A stretch of 64,000 nucleotides of DNA, taken from positions 62,001 through 126,000 of the forward strand of contig MU053859.1 in NCBI GenBank assembly GCA_013239625.1, in the 5' to 3' direction. A model generated the notes under the pieces. The model had not been told where the DNA came from, made no database searches, and saw only the letters and a program-made list of their open reading frames with translations. Positions 29,401-40,123 of the stretch are shown here, piece after piece. The stretch's first letter is position 1, and every line of letters begins with the position of its first letter. Source of the stretch: Lama guanicoe (taxonomy: Eukaryota). A program made the position numbers and the translations under genes.

Positions 29401-32400
29401 TTTCCTGTTGATGAATATTTGGGTTATTTCTAGAATTTGGCTATTAAGAATAAAGCTTCTATGAACATTCTTGTATAAAACAATTTGAAGACATATTTTT
29501 ATTTTATTGAGAAAATACACAGGAGCAGAATTGCTGGGTCAGAGAGTAGGTGCAATATCTAATTATGTAAGAAACAGTTTTCCAAATATTTTTTTCCATT
29601 TTACTCTCCCATTCAGTAACATATGGAAATTTCAATTGCTTCACATCTGCACTAGTACTTCATGAGTAAGTACTATCAATCTATCTTTTATTTTCAGTCA
29701 TGCCAATTGTGTATGTTTTTATAACCATTCAACATTTTTCACTACATTACCCACATTTATACCACCTGCCTTAAACAGCAACTACAGAGAAGAGACTGTA
29801 CTTAAGATGTTCTTTTTATATGTCATCTAGAGTAATCAGATATTTACTCAATGTTCTTATTATGATTAAAACAATAAAATTATGATATGTTTAGAATTTT
29901 CATTGCTGCTGAGTTCATATATTGGGGAACTTATTATTATGTCTGGATTACTTCATTTCTAGCCAAATTATCCAACTTCACTCAAAATTTGAGGGAAATT
30001 AACATAACTTTTGTATAAGAAGATGGGGAGACACATAGCTTTTTTTTTTTAATTTTAAATGCCTCAAAGGAAAACCAAATGTCTCTACCTTCCCTCTATA
30101 GCGTGTCTGAACTTATCATCCACTTTCTCTCTTCAGGTGATGCCCCCAGGCCTCATTTTGCAACTCATCACGAAGGGTCCATTCAAGTTCCTATCCCGTG
30201 TGCCGTCCTGAATGTGGTCTTCATCACCGTTTTAATCATAGCTCTCGTTGCTTTATCAGGTAGGTCTGCGCTTTGTGAATTCATCACAAACTCTGATTAA
30301 TTTAGGATCATCTCACATATTGTACATGGCCACTTCCCTCGTCCATACTAAATATGACTCCACATTCTTTGGATAATTAATGCAATACTTTATTTGAGTT
30401 TTCTAGAGCTTCTTTATAAGGATTTAAAATGTCTACAATTTATACATTACTGTGGGAGAAAATTACATTTGGGCAGATGTTTAAATCTAAAACAAAAAGG
30501 GCTGATTTAGATTCTAAATAAATGAACATATACACGGACAAAATGTGGGCGGATGAAAAAATAACACCAAAGCCATAGATTAGTCAGGAATTGGCCAGTC
30601 TCTTATCTCAAAAAGCACAGAAGAGTAGGTATGGATAATTAAGAATATGTCTAGAAGCTCCCAGACAGTCAGTTGCAATATGGTATTTGAAACATACAGC
30701 TATGCCAAGATACATCTGTGTCTTGTACAAACATGAATTTATACAATTGTAGGAGCATCCCCAAGCCGCAGATTGTTGTCTTCTGAATTACTTCTCTGCA
30801 AAGCAGTCTCGCCTCCACCTCCCAGTATGGGGTTATATCTTCCACATCTTCAAAGTCTTCCACCTCTGCATTCAGATGCAAAACTGTACTTGGAATTTAC
30901 AATGTACTTTGCCCTTTCTAGCCTAAAGACTGTTTTCAAGATTTTTCAATTTTCCAACCACTCTCTGATCACAGTGACTCTCTCTTATTTCTCATACCCT
31001 GTACAATGATGATTAGGCACAATGAGAGATCAGATAAGGTGAGAAACTGCCCTCTTCTTACTCTTCCCAGAATTCACCTCCTTTTTAATAATAATTTTAA
31101 ATGGAATATAACCTGTAAGAATTTTGAACCACTATGCTGTACACCTGAAATTCACATGACAGTGTAACTCAAATATACTTCAATTAAAAATAAAAAAAGA
31201 ATTCGTCTTCTTTCCTTTTATCCTTTACTGTATCACCTAGCACAGCAGAGCATCCCTGAACTGGTTTTGTACACTTTGGGTATTCGGTTTCTTGTGTTAC
31301 TAAAACAAACCGTTTTCCTGTTCACAGTGGGCCAGTACAATTGTCCAGGCCAATATATGTCCCCAGTGCCATCAAACAGCCATGCTTCCTCATGCTCAGA
31401 TGACTGGATCCAGTACCAGAGGAGATACTATCTTATTTCCAAGAAAACAAGGAACTGGACCTTGGCCCAAGAATTCTGCTCCAAACACGGTGCTACACTT
31501 GCTCTCATTGACTCTGAAGAGGACATGGTAAGATAGTATTCAAAAACAATTCCATAAGATACTGCTCTTCTATTTTATCTGGCTCATCTGTGGCTTCCTT
31601 CTGTTTCCTTCTAAGTGAAGACATTGTATCTGTCTCCCACATAGAAAAGTTTAGTCACAGAAAGCCACATGATCAGTCAGAGGTCAAAATGAGACTTCAC
31701 CTTAGTCTTTAAATGTGATTTGACTGTTTCGCTTCAAAGGCGAGAAATCCCAATGAGCTAACCTACAGAGAACTGACAAACGATGGGCTTAGCGCTCATG
31801 CCTCGATTGCAGCTTTTGAGAAACAGGATTTATTACACACTCACAAGGAGCGGTGATGTAACGTAGACTTCCTCTGTGCTTTCTTCAAGATCTTTTTAAA
31901 ACAACACGTGGGTAGAGCAGAACACTGGATTGGGCTGAAAAATGAAGCTGGCCAGACATGGAAATGGTCAAACGGCAAAGAATTTAACAACTGGTGAGTT
32001 TCAAGATAATCTTTTTATCCTCTCCAGGCTGGCAGTTTAAGGGAACCACTTTCCTTTTTTTTTTTTTTTTTTCCTTTTCAAAGCACAGTTCTCTACGAAG
32101 GTTGTGCTCTTTATAAAGCAGAATTTATAAAATCTCCCTTGTATATTATGCTCCATGGAATTCTTTAAAGAAAGGCTTTAATATTGTCTTGTTTTTTTCC
32201 TTTTATCTACTTGGAATTCATACAGTAAATCCTAGTAATCTGATATCAGCAAATTCTAGCGTGAGTAATAACACTCAGTTAGAAATGTTCCAGGAATAAT
32301 TATGATGATGTGAAAAAAATCCAACATTTCCAATATCATATGCATATTTCATTGATAAGCTAGTTTGGGGTGGTTAAGCCCTTTTTCCTCTTTCCCAGTT

Positions 32401-33193
32401 CTCATCTCCACAGGGATAAAGAACAATATTTTCAATACCTAATTAGAAGCTTCTGTGGAGCTGAGAGAAAATTTGCCCCAGAATTAAAGATACTGACTTT
32501 ATTTTCATTACATATAATTAAACTACATTGTAGACTTTGAAGAACTTAAATTTAGTGTTAATCTTTGTCACCTGAAAACTCAAACTTGAATAAATTTCTA
32601 GCTATCAAAATGTTTTATGATAATCAGTGATACAGACAATTAGTTTAAATCTTTAGAAAAGGAATTCTTAATATGTGTCCAATGGTACCTCACCCACAGA
32701 TGGGCTTCAGGGGTTATTAACCCCCTAAAATTGGAGGCACTATTATGTGTGATTGTTGAACGTGTATACCTTCTGGAAATTGTTTCTCGAAAGTTTTGGA
32801 AAATCAGAAATAACCAAGAGTGAATCCTCCAGTGACGCATCACCCAAATGAATGGAGCTCTTAACTCCTAACTTTCTATCTGTTCCCTACGTGCTACTGC
32901 TTCAGTCCTTGTCTGCTGTCTCTACAGACTGTCTATGATCATTTAACGGGTACGCTTGCCTCATGCATTCTGACTAAGAAAAAAAAAAAGCAGAAGCCTC
33001 CCCCACCACCACCACAAAGTTTATTCTTGTATAACTGAACGGAAACGAACTGAAAATCATTCTAGTTTCCTTACTGTTTGATAGGTTCAACCTGACGGGC
33101 TCGGAGAACTGTGCATTTCTGAACAGCACAGAGGTCGGCAGCGCCGCGTGCGAGAAGAATCTACACTGGATTTGCAGCAAGCCCGCCAAATGA
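26394..33193 (+). CDS. CD69: CD69 early activation antigen (CLEC2C), complete 5-exon gene: join(26394..26457,30137..30259,31328..31527,31890..31993,33085..33193), 199 aa
   Basis: Manual splice reconstruction with GT-AG introns gives 600 nt: MTSEDCSIMETSSLHLNKERQSDAPRPHFATHHEGSIQVPIPCAVLNVVFITVLIIALVALSVGQYNCPGQYMSPVPSNSHASSCSDDWIQYQRRYYLISKKTRNWTLAQEFCSKHGATLALIDSEEDMIFLKQHVGRAEHWIGLKNEAGQTWKWSNGKEFNNWFNLTGSENCAFLNSTEVGSAACEKNLHWICSKPAK*. This is colinear with human CD69 as I recall it (HEGS, VGQYNCPGQY, WIGL, WICxKP). Confidence 0.97.
29010..29715 (-). mobile_element. Old L1 3' fragment in CD69 intron 1
   Basis: ttgtttatccattttcctgttgatgaatatttgggttatttc; gaattgctgggtca. Confidence 0.75.
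30137..30259 (+). CDS. CD69: CD69 exon 2 (juxtamembrane and transmembrane)
   Basis: ctctcttcag| acceptor; DAPRPHFATHHEGSIQVPIPCAVLNVVFITVLIIALVALS; donor G|gtaggt; 123 nt. Confidence 0.96.
31086..31197 (+). mobile_element. Short L1 3' tip in CD69 intron 2
   Basis: ctatgctgtacacctgaaa...tatacttcaattaaaa; degenerate TSD agaattcacctcctt / agaattcgtcttctt. Confidence 0.7.
31328..31527 (+). CDS. CD69: CD69 exon 3 (stalk with Cys68 and start of the C-type lectin-like domain, CTLD)
   Basis: ttcacag| acceptor; VGQYNCPGQY...LIDSEEDM; donor |gtaaga; 200 nt. Confidence 0.96.
31890..31993 (+). CDS. CD69: CD69 exon 4 (CTLD, WIGL motif)
   Basis: ttcttcaag| acceptor; IFLKQHVGRAEHWIGLKNEAGQTWKWSNGKEFNN; donor TG|gtgagt; 104 nt. 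Confidence 0.96.
33085..33193 (+). CDS. CD69: CD69 exon 5 coding part (CTLD C-terminus)
   Basis: tttgatag| acceptor; FNLTGSENCAFLNSTEVGSAACEKNLHWICSKPAK; TGA at 33191-33193. Confidence 0.96.
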
Positions 33194-34225
33194 AGAGGGC
33201 TCGCACTTGCTTGTAGACGATTCCAGCGAGGAACTCAAGGAAACCTGTGTCAGTGAATGCTGCTCTACGATGAGATATTTTCCAGAAAGACTTTGTGGAA
33301 AAAAAAAAAAAGAAAAAAAAGAAAGAAACAACTTTGTGTTATTTTGGAAACCTTCTTCCAAACAAGAATGTGGGGAAAAAAGGAGGAAAAACTCCAGTAC
33401 TACCCGCATTGTGGAATCCTCCTGCCATCAGCTGACAATGTCACGGGGTGACTGATAATTTTGTCCAAGAATGAGAAAAACCACTTCCAAGCTTTGGAAT
33501 GCACTTTATATATTTTCTAATTCAGAAGTAATAAAATAACTAGGTTTTAGAGTTATTATTTATTGTTGAATGACTACGAACAGTGAGCACCCTTCATGCA
33601 CGTGCACTGTATGAAGGAGGTAGCAGGTGGTACTCAAAACTGATGTAAACAGAGAAAGTCTAACTGGCAACACAGATGTTTAGTCTAAACGTATTTTTTT
33701 TAACTTAGAGAACATTTATAAGTGGGCAAATGCTTATGAAACTAAGCTTTGTAATATTTCTCTCTTTGTTAAGAAGTTTGTCAAGTTATCTGGTCACTTC
33801 TCACCCCACAAGAATGGGATGATTGTGTATTTATGGTTTTTTTTTTTTTTTACTTCTTCAACGTAGACTTGTCTTTTTCAACGGTACATAATGCATTGCT
33901 TTATACACAGTGTTTTACAGAGATAAAGACAAAAGCAAAGAATATGAGGAATATTTGTAAAGTAGATAAAGCGTGTTGGAAAATGTGCAATATGTGATGT
34001 GGTAAATCCTAATCAGGGAAAAGTCTGTATTGTTCAAATCTGGGATAATATTTGTCCTCTCCGATCATCAGTGTGTGCCTTTCCTGGTCAATTCCACCAC
34101 GTGCAATACTTCATTTGAAGTATTTTCTAAGTGCAATAAAATGTGTTTATTTGTTTGTCTTTTGTATTCAGTGCAAATTATAAGCTGTTTTTATATGTGT
34201 TAAAATAAAAGTAGAATCAACAAAA
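33194..34225 (+). promoter_or_regulatory. CD69 3' UTR with AU-rich elements, miRNA seed matches and poly(A) signals
   Basis: ttATTTAtt near 33558; GCACTTTA 33501; GTGCAATA at 33985, 34101 and 34131; AATAAA at 34135-34140 and 34204-34209. Confidence 0.8.
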
Positions 34226-35616
34226 GGGTTTCTAAGAAGTGTTCATTCCTTTAAATACACTAAAAATTATAGCTCATACTGAAATGCAGGAAACAGAAGG
34301 TTGTAACTTTTTTTAAAAAACTGTGTCTGTAGTAAAACTTGAACATTATAACATGGTTTGGACCTTTTAAGTTGTTTTCAGTTGTGTGTTTTCAAAGCGC
34401 TCTTTCCATTTTTCTGCATACAGCACTTGCTCATTAAATATATTAATTGACTTGAGAGGACTTTATGTCATTTAAAATTTTTTGACTCTATTATTTTCTT
34501 CCTTTTTTAAATTGCTTGTCACCCTGAAGGGGTACAGAGAAATTAGGAGACACCTAAAGTCACTTTGCAAGGATTTATTTATAAGCTGGTCCTCTCTCTC
34601 AAAAGAAGATAATTTTAAAAGAAGATAATAGCAGAGAATATGTAGGTGCTACGAAGATATCGCAGACAGCCTACTTTATTTGGCCCTGTATTCAAACATT
34701 AAACTATCGGTTATCTGTTTTATTTGACTTTTCCAATATAATTTCAATTTCTTCCTCTGGAAAGGGAGAGTTTGCCCTCAATTTTCAAAATGTTGACTAG
34801 GTTTTCACACATGAAAATCTATCATAACTAAGATTAACATGCTAATAAAATTCTAGAGAAAATGTTGGAGGATCTATGCCCAGAAAGACTGTTGGTGATC
34901 ATATAAGTAGGCTTAGCTCAACCTTTGGAAAACAGTTTGAAAATACTCATCAAAAACTTTGAAAAGATTCATATCTTTCCTTTGATGTGAACATTTTTTT
35001 GTGGAGGGAGAGCATTAAAGAAATAATCTTGGATGTTTAAGACGTAACCACAAAAATGTTTATCCAAAGGGTATTTTTAGTAGTGATAAATCAGAAGCCA
35101 CTTAATGGTTCAAAACTAAGAATTAAGTTAAATAAGTTGTACTACATGATGAAATAATACGTTGTCACTGAAAAATAATAATGAAGAAGAATGTTTACAT
35201 ATATGGGAAACGACACAAAGTATTATTGCTAAGCGTCTTAAATATTAAATTTTATGTTTCTAAATTCTAAAAGAGATAAAAACTATTAAGGTAAGCACAG
35301 TGGTTTTCCCTGAGTAATAAGAGTATAGATATTTCTTTTTCCTCTCTATGCTTCTCTATAGTTTTGAAATTATGAATAGTTATTTTACTCTTAATAAGGA
35401 AATATTTATTTTAAACAAGCCTAAATATAGTATCATTAAGGAAATAATTTCATTATTTAAGTTACAATTCTACTTTCTAGTGATGAAATCCAGTCCCCTT
35501 CAAACTGAGCTCCCCTGTCTTGTTTACAATTAACTTTTCACTCCAAAACTTTATTCCCTTTCTTATCCTGCCCCTGTTTGCCTCAGGATTGAAGAGAATC
35601 AAAGAAAAGGGGAGAC

Positions 35617-36159
35617 TGAAACCAAGTAGGGCCCTGTGGGGTCTTCCCAGGTACACCAGCCCCTCTGTGTCCCCAGTTTCTTGTTTGTAGAAAAGGCTTT
35701 AATGTCCTTGGTCTTCCCAGAGGTCAAAGAGCGGGCTCAAGCAGCTAATGATTAGGGCAGGAGAGTCAGAGGACTCCTAGGTCCTCCTGAGGGGATAGAG
35801 ATAATCTGATGCCACTCCCCGCAGGTGGAGAATGGTGACTGCATGCTGACCACAAGCTTGTAGACCCCAGAGTGGATGGAATCAGAAGGCTGTGATTCCG
35901 GAAACACCACCCTGTAAGTTACCTCACCACCAACCAATCAGAAGACGGCCCACTAGCCCAGCACGCCTCCTACGAGCCGCTGCCCTAACGCTGACTTCAA
36001 ACCCCCTCGCCTGAAAGCATCGGAGTTCAGGGCTCCTGGGCCGACGCTGCCCTGTTTTCCTTGCTTGGTGCCCTGCAAATAGACCTTTACTTTCCTGCAA
36101 ACACTTGGTGTCAGTTTGGCTCTCTGCACTGTGAGCACATGAGTCCTTGCTCTGTAACA
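35617..36159 (+). mobile_element. ERV LTR (ERV1-like) preceded by a polypurine tract
   Basis: TGAAAC...GTAACA termini, CCAAT box (caaccaatcag ~35932), poly(A)-like aaataga ~36077, upstream aaagaaaaggggagac. Confidence 0.75.
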
Positions 36160-36771
36160 ATTACATATGAGTTTGCTTCAAGAATCTCCCCTGCGCTAAA
36201 TTAAATCATGGTCACCAAACGTGTGGGCATCCACAGGCTACAGTGCCATCTAGTGTCTGAACAAAATCATTGCAGTCTTGTTTTGTTTGTGGGTCTAGAA
36301 GGTATATTTAACCTGGGAACAATCGTAGCTTTTTGTTTTTCGCTTTTTTTTTTAACGCAGTTTAAAGTTTAAGGGCAGCATAATTTTGTTCATGTGTTTC
36401 ATTATACAGACATTACATCTAGTTTCTGCCCCTTAGCCCAGACCAAGGAAATGCTTTGCACCCCAGATAGTAATCCTTAATATGTATTTTTGTTCTGTTT
36501 TGGGTTTTTTCCCAGCTTCATTGAGGTGTAATTAATATGCTTAAAAATTTAGTGGAGAACTTTCAAGTGAACTTGTAATATTGAACAGGTGTATTTTTTT
36601 CTGCTTCCTTTGAAACTCCATTAAAATATTAATTTAAAAGATTATTTAATGGTATAAGTTTTGAGGGGAGAAAATAAACATAAGAGAAATGTCCATATAT
36701 TTTAGAATATGTCAGTAACTTAAGGCATAGAATCCTGGAAGCTAAGGAATTAAAGAGACAGTGCACCCTTA

Positions 36772-37277
36772 AAGTGGGGTTATGGTGACCCCCACAATCC
36801 TTCTTTTCTGGTGTTCATACCCTGTGTGCTTCCCTCTCCTTGAGTGTGGGTGGAACCCATGACATGCTTCCACCCCACAGAATACAGCAAAGATAATGGG
36901 GTGGACACGAGTGCACGTATGTACATAAGACTGATAGTCGTCCTGCTGGAGGAGACTCTCTCTTTTACTGTCTCCCAGAAAATAAGATTCCATGTTGAGA
37001 AAGCCTTTGCTGCAAGAAACTGAAGCCCTCAGTTTGACAGCCTGCAAGGAACTCATTGCTGCCAACTGTCACACGAGCTTGGGAGCAGATCCCTTCCCAG
37101 CTGAGCCCCAGCTGAGACCACAGTCACAACCAACACCCGGATGGCAGCCTTGTGAGAGACTGAAGCAAGGGACTCACCTAAGCCCTGCCCAGACTCCTGG
37201 TATCCAGAAAGTGAGATAATAAATGCACCTTGTTTTAAAATTGGTAATTTGATGTTCAGCAATAGAAGATGAATATG
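36772..37277 (+). mobile_element. MaLR LTR (MLT1 family)
   Basis: gcagccttgtgagagactgaagc...gcccagactcctg...gtgagataataaat...cagcaataga, typical of an MLT1 3' part. Confidence 0.8.
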
Positions 37278-37609
37278 GTAGAAGTGAAAAGCGGGGGAAA
37301 ACAGGAGGTCTAGACCAACATACATAGAAGGTGGCGTCCGGGAATCCTCTCCACCTTGAGCAACCAAACTGCAACCCTCCGTCCCTGCATGGGATGGAAG
37401 TTTACTGCCAGGCATGACTTAAGCCAAAGGAATCTGAATTCAGGTTGGGAGTCTTTAGGAAAGGCTAAGGGAGGAAGTACTTAATTAAAAGCAGAGGAAT
37501 TACTTGAAATTCTGAATAATGTTTGAAGAGACTCTGGGACCTATATCCTAGTCAGCTTCAAGATCCTTAACAGCCAGGCTTAAGACAACGAGGCAGAAAA
37601 CTGGAGAAT

Positions 37610-38045
37610 TATTATTTTGATTTATTTAATTGAGATATACAGTAGCTTCAAGTGTACAACATGACAATTTGATATACATATATGTTGTGAAATAATCACC
37701 ACAGTAGGTCTAGTTAACATGCATCAGTACACACAGTTACAATTTTTTTTCTTGTAATGAGAACTTTTAAGATCTCTTAATAACTTTCCCATATACAATA
37801 CGGTATTATTAACAACAGTCCCCATGTTGTACATTACAATCCCATAATTTATTTATTTTATAACTGGAAGTTTGTACCTTTGACCCCCTTCAGCCCTACC
37901 CCCTGCCTCTGGCAACCACCAATCTATTCTCTGCATCTATAAGTTCATTTTTTGTTTTTGGGGTTTTTTTTTTTAAATTCCACAGATAAATGAGATCGTA
38001 CAGTATTTGTCTTTCTCTCTCGGATTTATTTTATTTAGCATAATG
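37610..38045 (-). mobile_element. L1 3' UTR fragment
   Basis: ctctggcaaccaccaatctattctctg; cagtatttgtctttctct. Confidence 0.8.
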
Positions 38046-38968
38046 GAGAATTGCTCTTTGGAAAAAACTGACCATAAAAAAGACCTACAAATATTAAGAA
38101 TAAGAAAAAATAAGCAGTCTCTCCCTGAATGTCTGCAATGGTGTCCACTGATTCCAGAAACAGAACTCCCCACTGCTTATTTAGCACATTGTTCCCACAT
38201 ATTAATGAGCACTCAAGGATCACTAGATATTTAGGAAAACCTCCAAAAAAGTAGAGACCAAAACAAGCACCTATCAGATGAAATTCAGACCAAAACTGAT
38301 AGCAAAGGATAGGAAAAATTCAAATTGTTCTTATAATTAATAATCTCAGGGTGGGGGGAGTAAAGAAAAAACTACATCTCAAACAGAGTAAACTGAGAAA
38401 GACCATCTAAAGAACAAGAAAGAACCCTTGGAAATGAAAGTTATAAGAAATATTTTAAGAGAAACTTCTATACAAGTGGAGGAAAAACTTCAGGAAGTCT
38501 CATCCTAGTAGAATCTAAAAAGAAAAAGACTTAAAAACTAGGAAAACATATCATGATGTTAGAATATTGACCCGGGAGTAGCAGGATCTCACTAACAGGA
38601 ATGCCAGAAAAAGGCGGTGGAATAAAAACTGGAAGAAACTGATGGAAGAAATTTGAGAAGTTTTTCTCAAAAGCTAAGAATATGAATTCTCTGCTTGTTT
38701 AAAATGTTCCATTAAATGACTGACAGAAAGGGTGAGACTAGACCCTCAAGACCCCTCATGGTGAAGTTTCAGAATTCAAGGGGTAAATCAGAGACTCTTA
38801 AAGTTTCCAGATAGAAAAGTTAGACTGCAGACACAGGATCAGAAATTGGAAGGATATTGTGTTGTTAACAACAGCTTGTCATCTGACAGAAGGTGCCACT
38901 AAAATTCAGAGGATCTATTTTGAACCAATTTCTGTTCTGATAACTAAGGAAATGTCTCCGTTGTTGTT

Positions 38969-39025
38969 GTTTTTTTTTTTTAATGGAAGTACTGGGGATT
39001 GAACCCAGGACTCCATGTATGCTAC
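38969..39025 (-). mobile_element. Truncated tRNA-derived SINE
   Basis: Poly-T then ggaagtactggggattgaacccaggac. Confidence 0.7.
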
Positions 39026-40071
39026 TTAAAAGGTAAATTAGCAAGTGTAAAATCTCTTATGAGTGCATGGGTTTAGTTGACAAAATATAAATTTCTGCTC
39101 AGTTTCTTACAATGATCAATTTTTAAATGATAAGAAATCAAAGGTACTATTTTAGCTCTAACTAACTCTCAAGTTCTCTGGAGAGTGGTTTTGAGAAATA
39201 AAACTGAAGGTGGGAAGAATTGCTTTACCCATCATATTTCTGCATGTTGCTGAAATTGTTTTAATGGTATATTTTCATTAAAATTTGGATAATATTTTCT
39301 GAGGTCCTTTTTAATCTCTGGACAGATGGATATTTTCATGGCTGATGTAAAGGTTTCTTTCTATAGGTTTTCAATAGAAGAAAATAAACTACAGACCTGA
39401 AGTATGAGATGCGCCCTGGTGTCTTATATTGAGATAGTTGAATGCAATTGTGAGAACAACAGGCAGTGGATTTGTTGGCTGTAACCCACTCTGCAGAAGA
39501 TGGGTCTCTAGTTCCCTGACTGAAACCCAGGAAGTTTGGGTTCAGATCAGAGGAAAGTTCAGAGGGTCGAATGTGTCAACCCTGGACGGCTGTGTGCACT
39601 ATGTGTGAGTGTGTGTGTCCATTCATGATTCATGTGGGGATAGTACTATTTCTCAGAAGTGTGGGAAGGGGGATAGACAAAAATTAAACATTTTAGAAAA
39701 CGAATAGATTTGATGAATAGATTTTTACATCTGAATTATCAATGCAGTTATTGCATCATTGTCTCATTTTGCCAGCATTTTTGGAACTTCAGTCTTTATC
39801 TTTTCTACATCTTCCTTCTACACTATCCTTAGCTTATCTCTTACATTCTCACAATTTCAACTACCACAGACAAAGCAATGCATAGCAAAGTTCTATCTCT
39901 AGTCCAGATCGTTCCCTGATCACCAGACCTGTATGTCTTATTGCCTCCTTAACATCAAATCTAAAATCTCAAAGGCACTTCAAACTCAACGTAGAAAAAT
40001 AAGTCATTACATTTCATCATAAAAGGAACCGTCTTCCAGTACGCCATGTCTCGGTAAGAGATATGCCATAT

Positions 40072-40123
40072 GAAACAGTCACACAATACGAGACAGTCAC
40101 ACAATACGAGACAGTCACACAAT
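40072..40123. repeat. 18-bp minisatellite, about 3 copies
   Basis: ga(a/g)acagtcacacaatac repeated. Confidence 0.9.

Noticed and set aside
40072..40123. CRISPR-like array or YETVTQ repeat protein
   Set aside because: Head-to-tail 18-bp minisatellite without spacers in mammalian DNA
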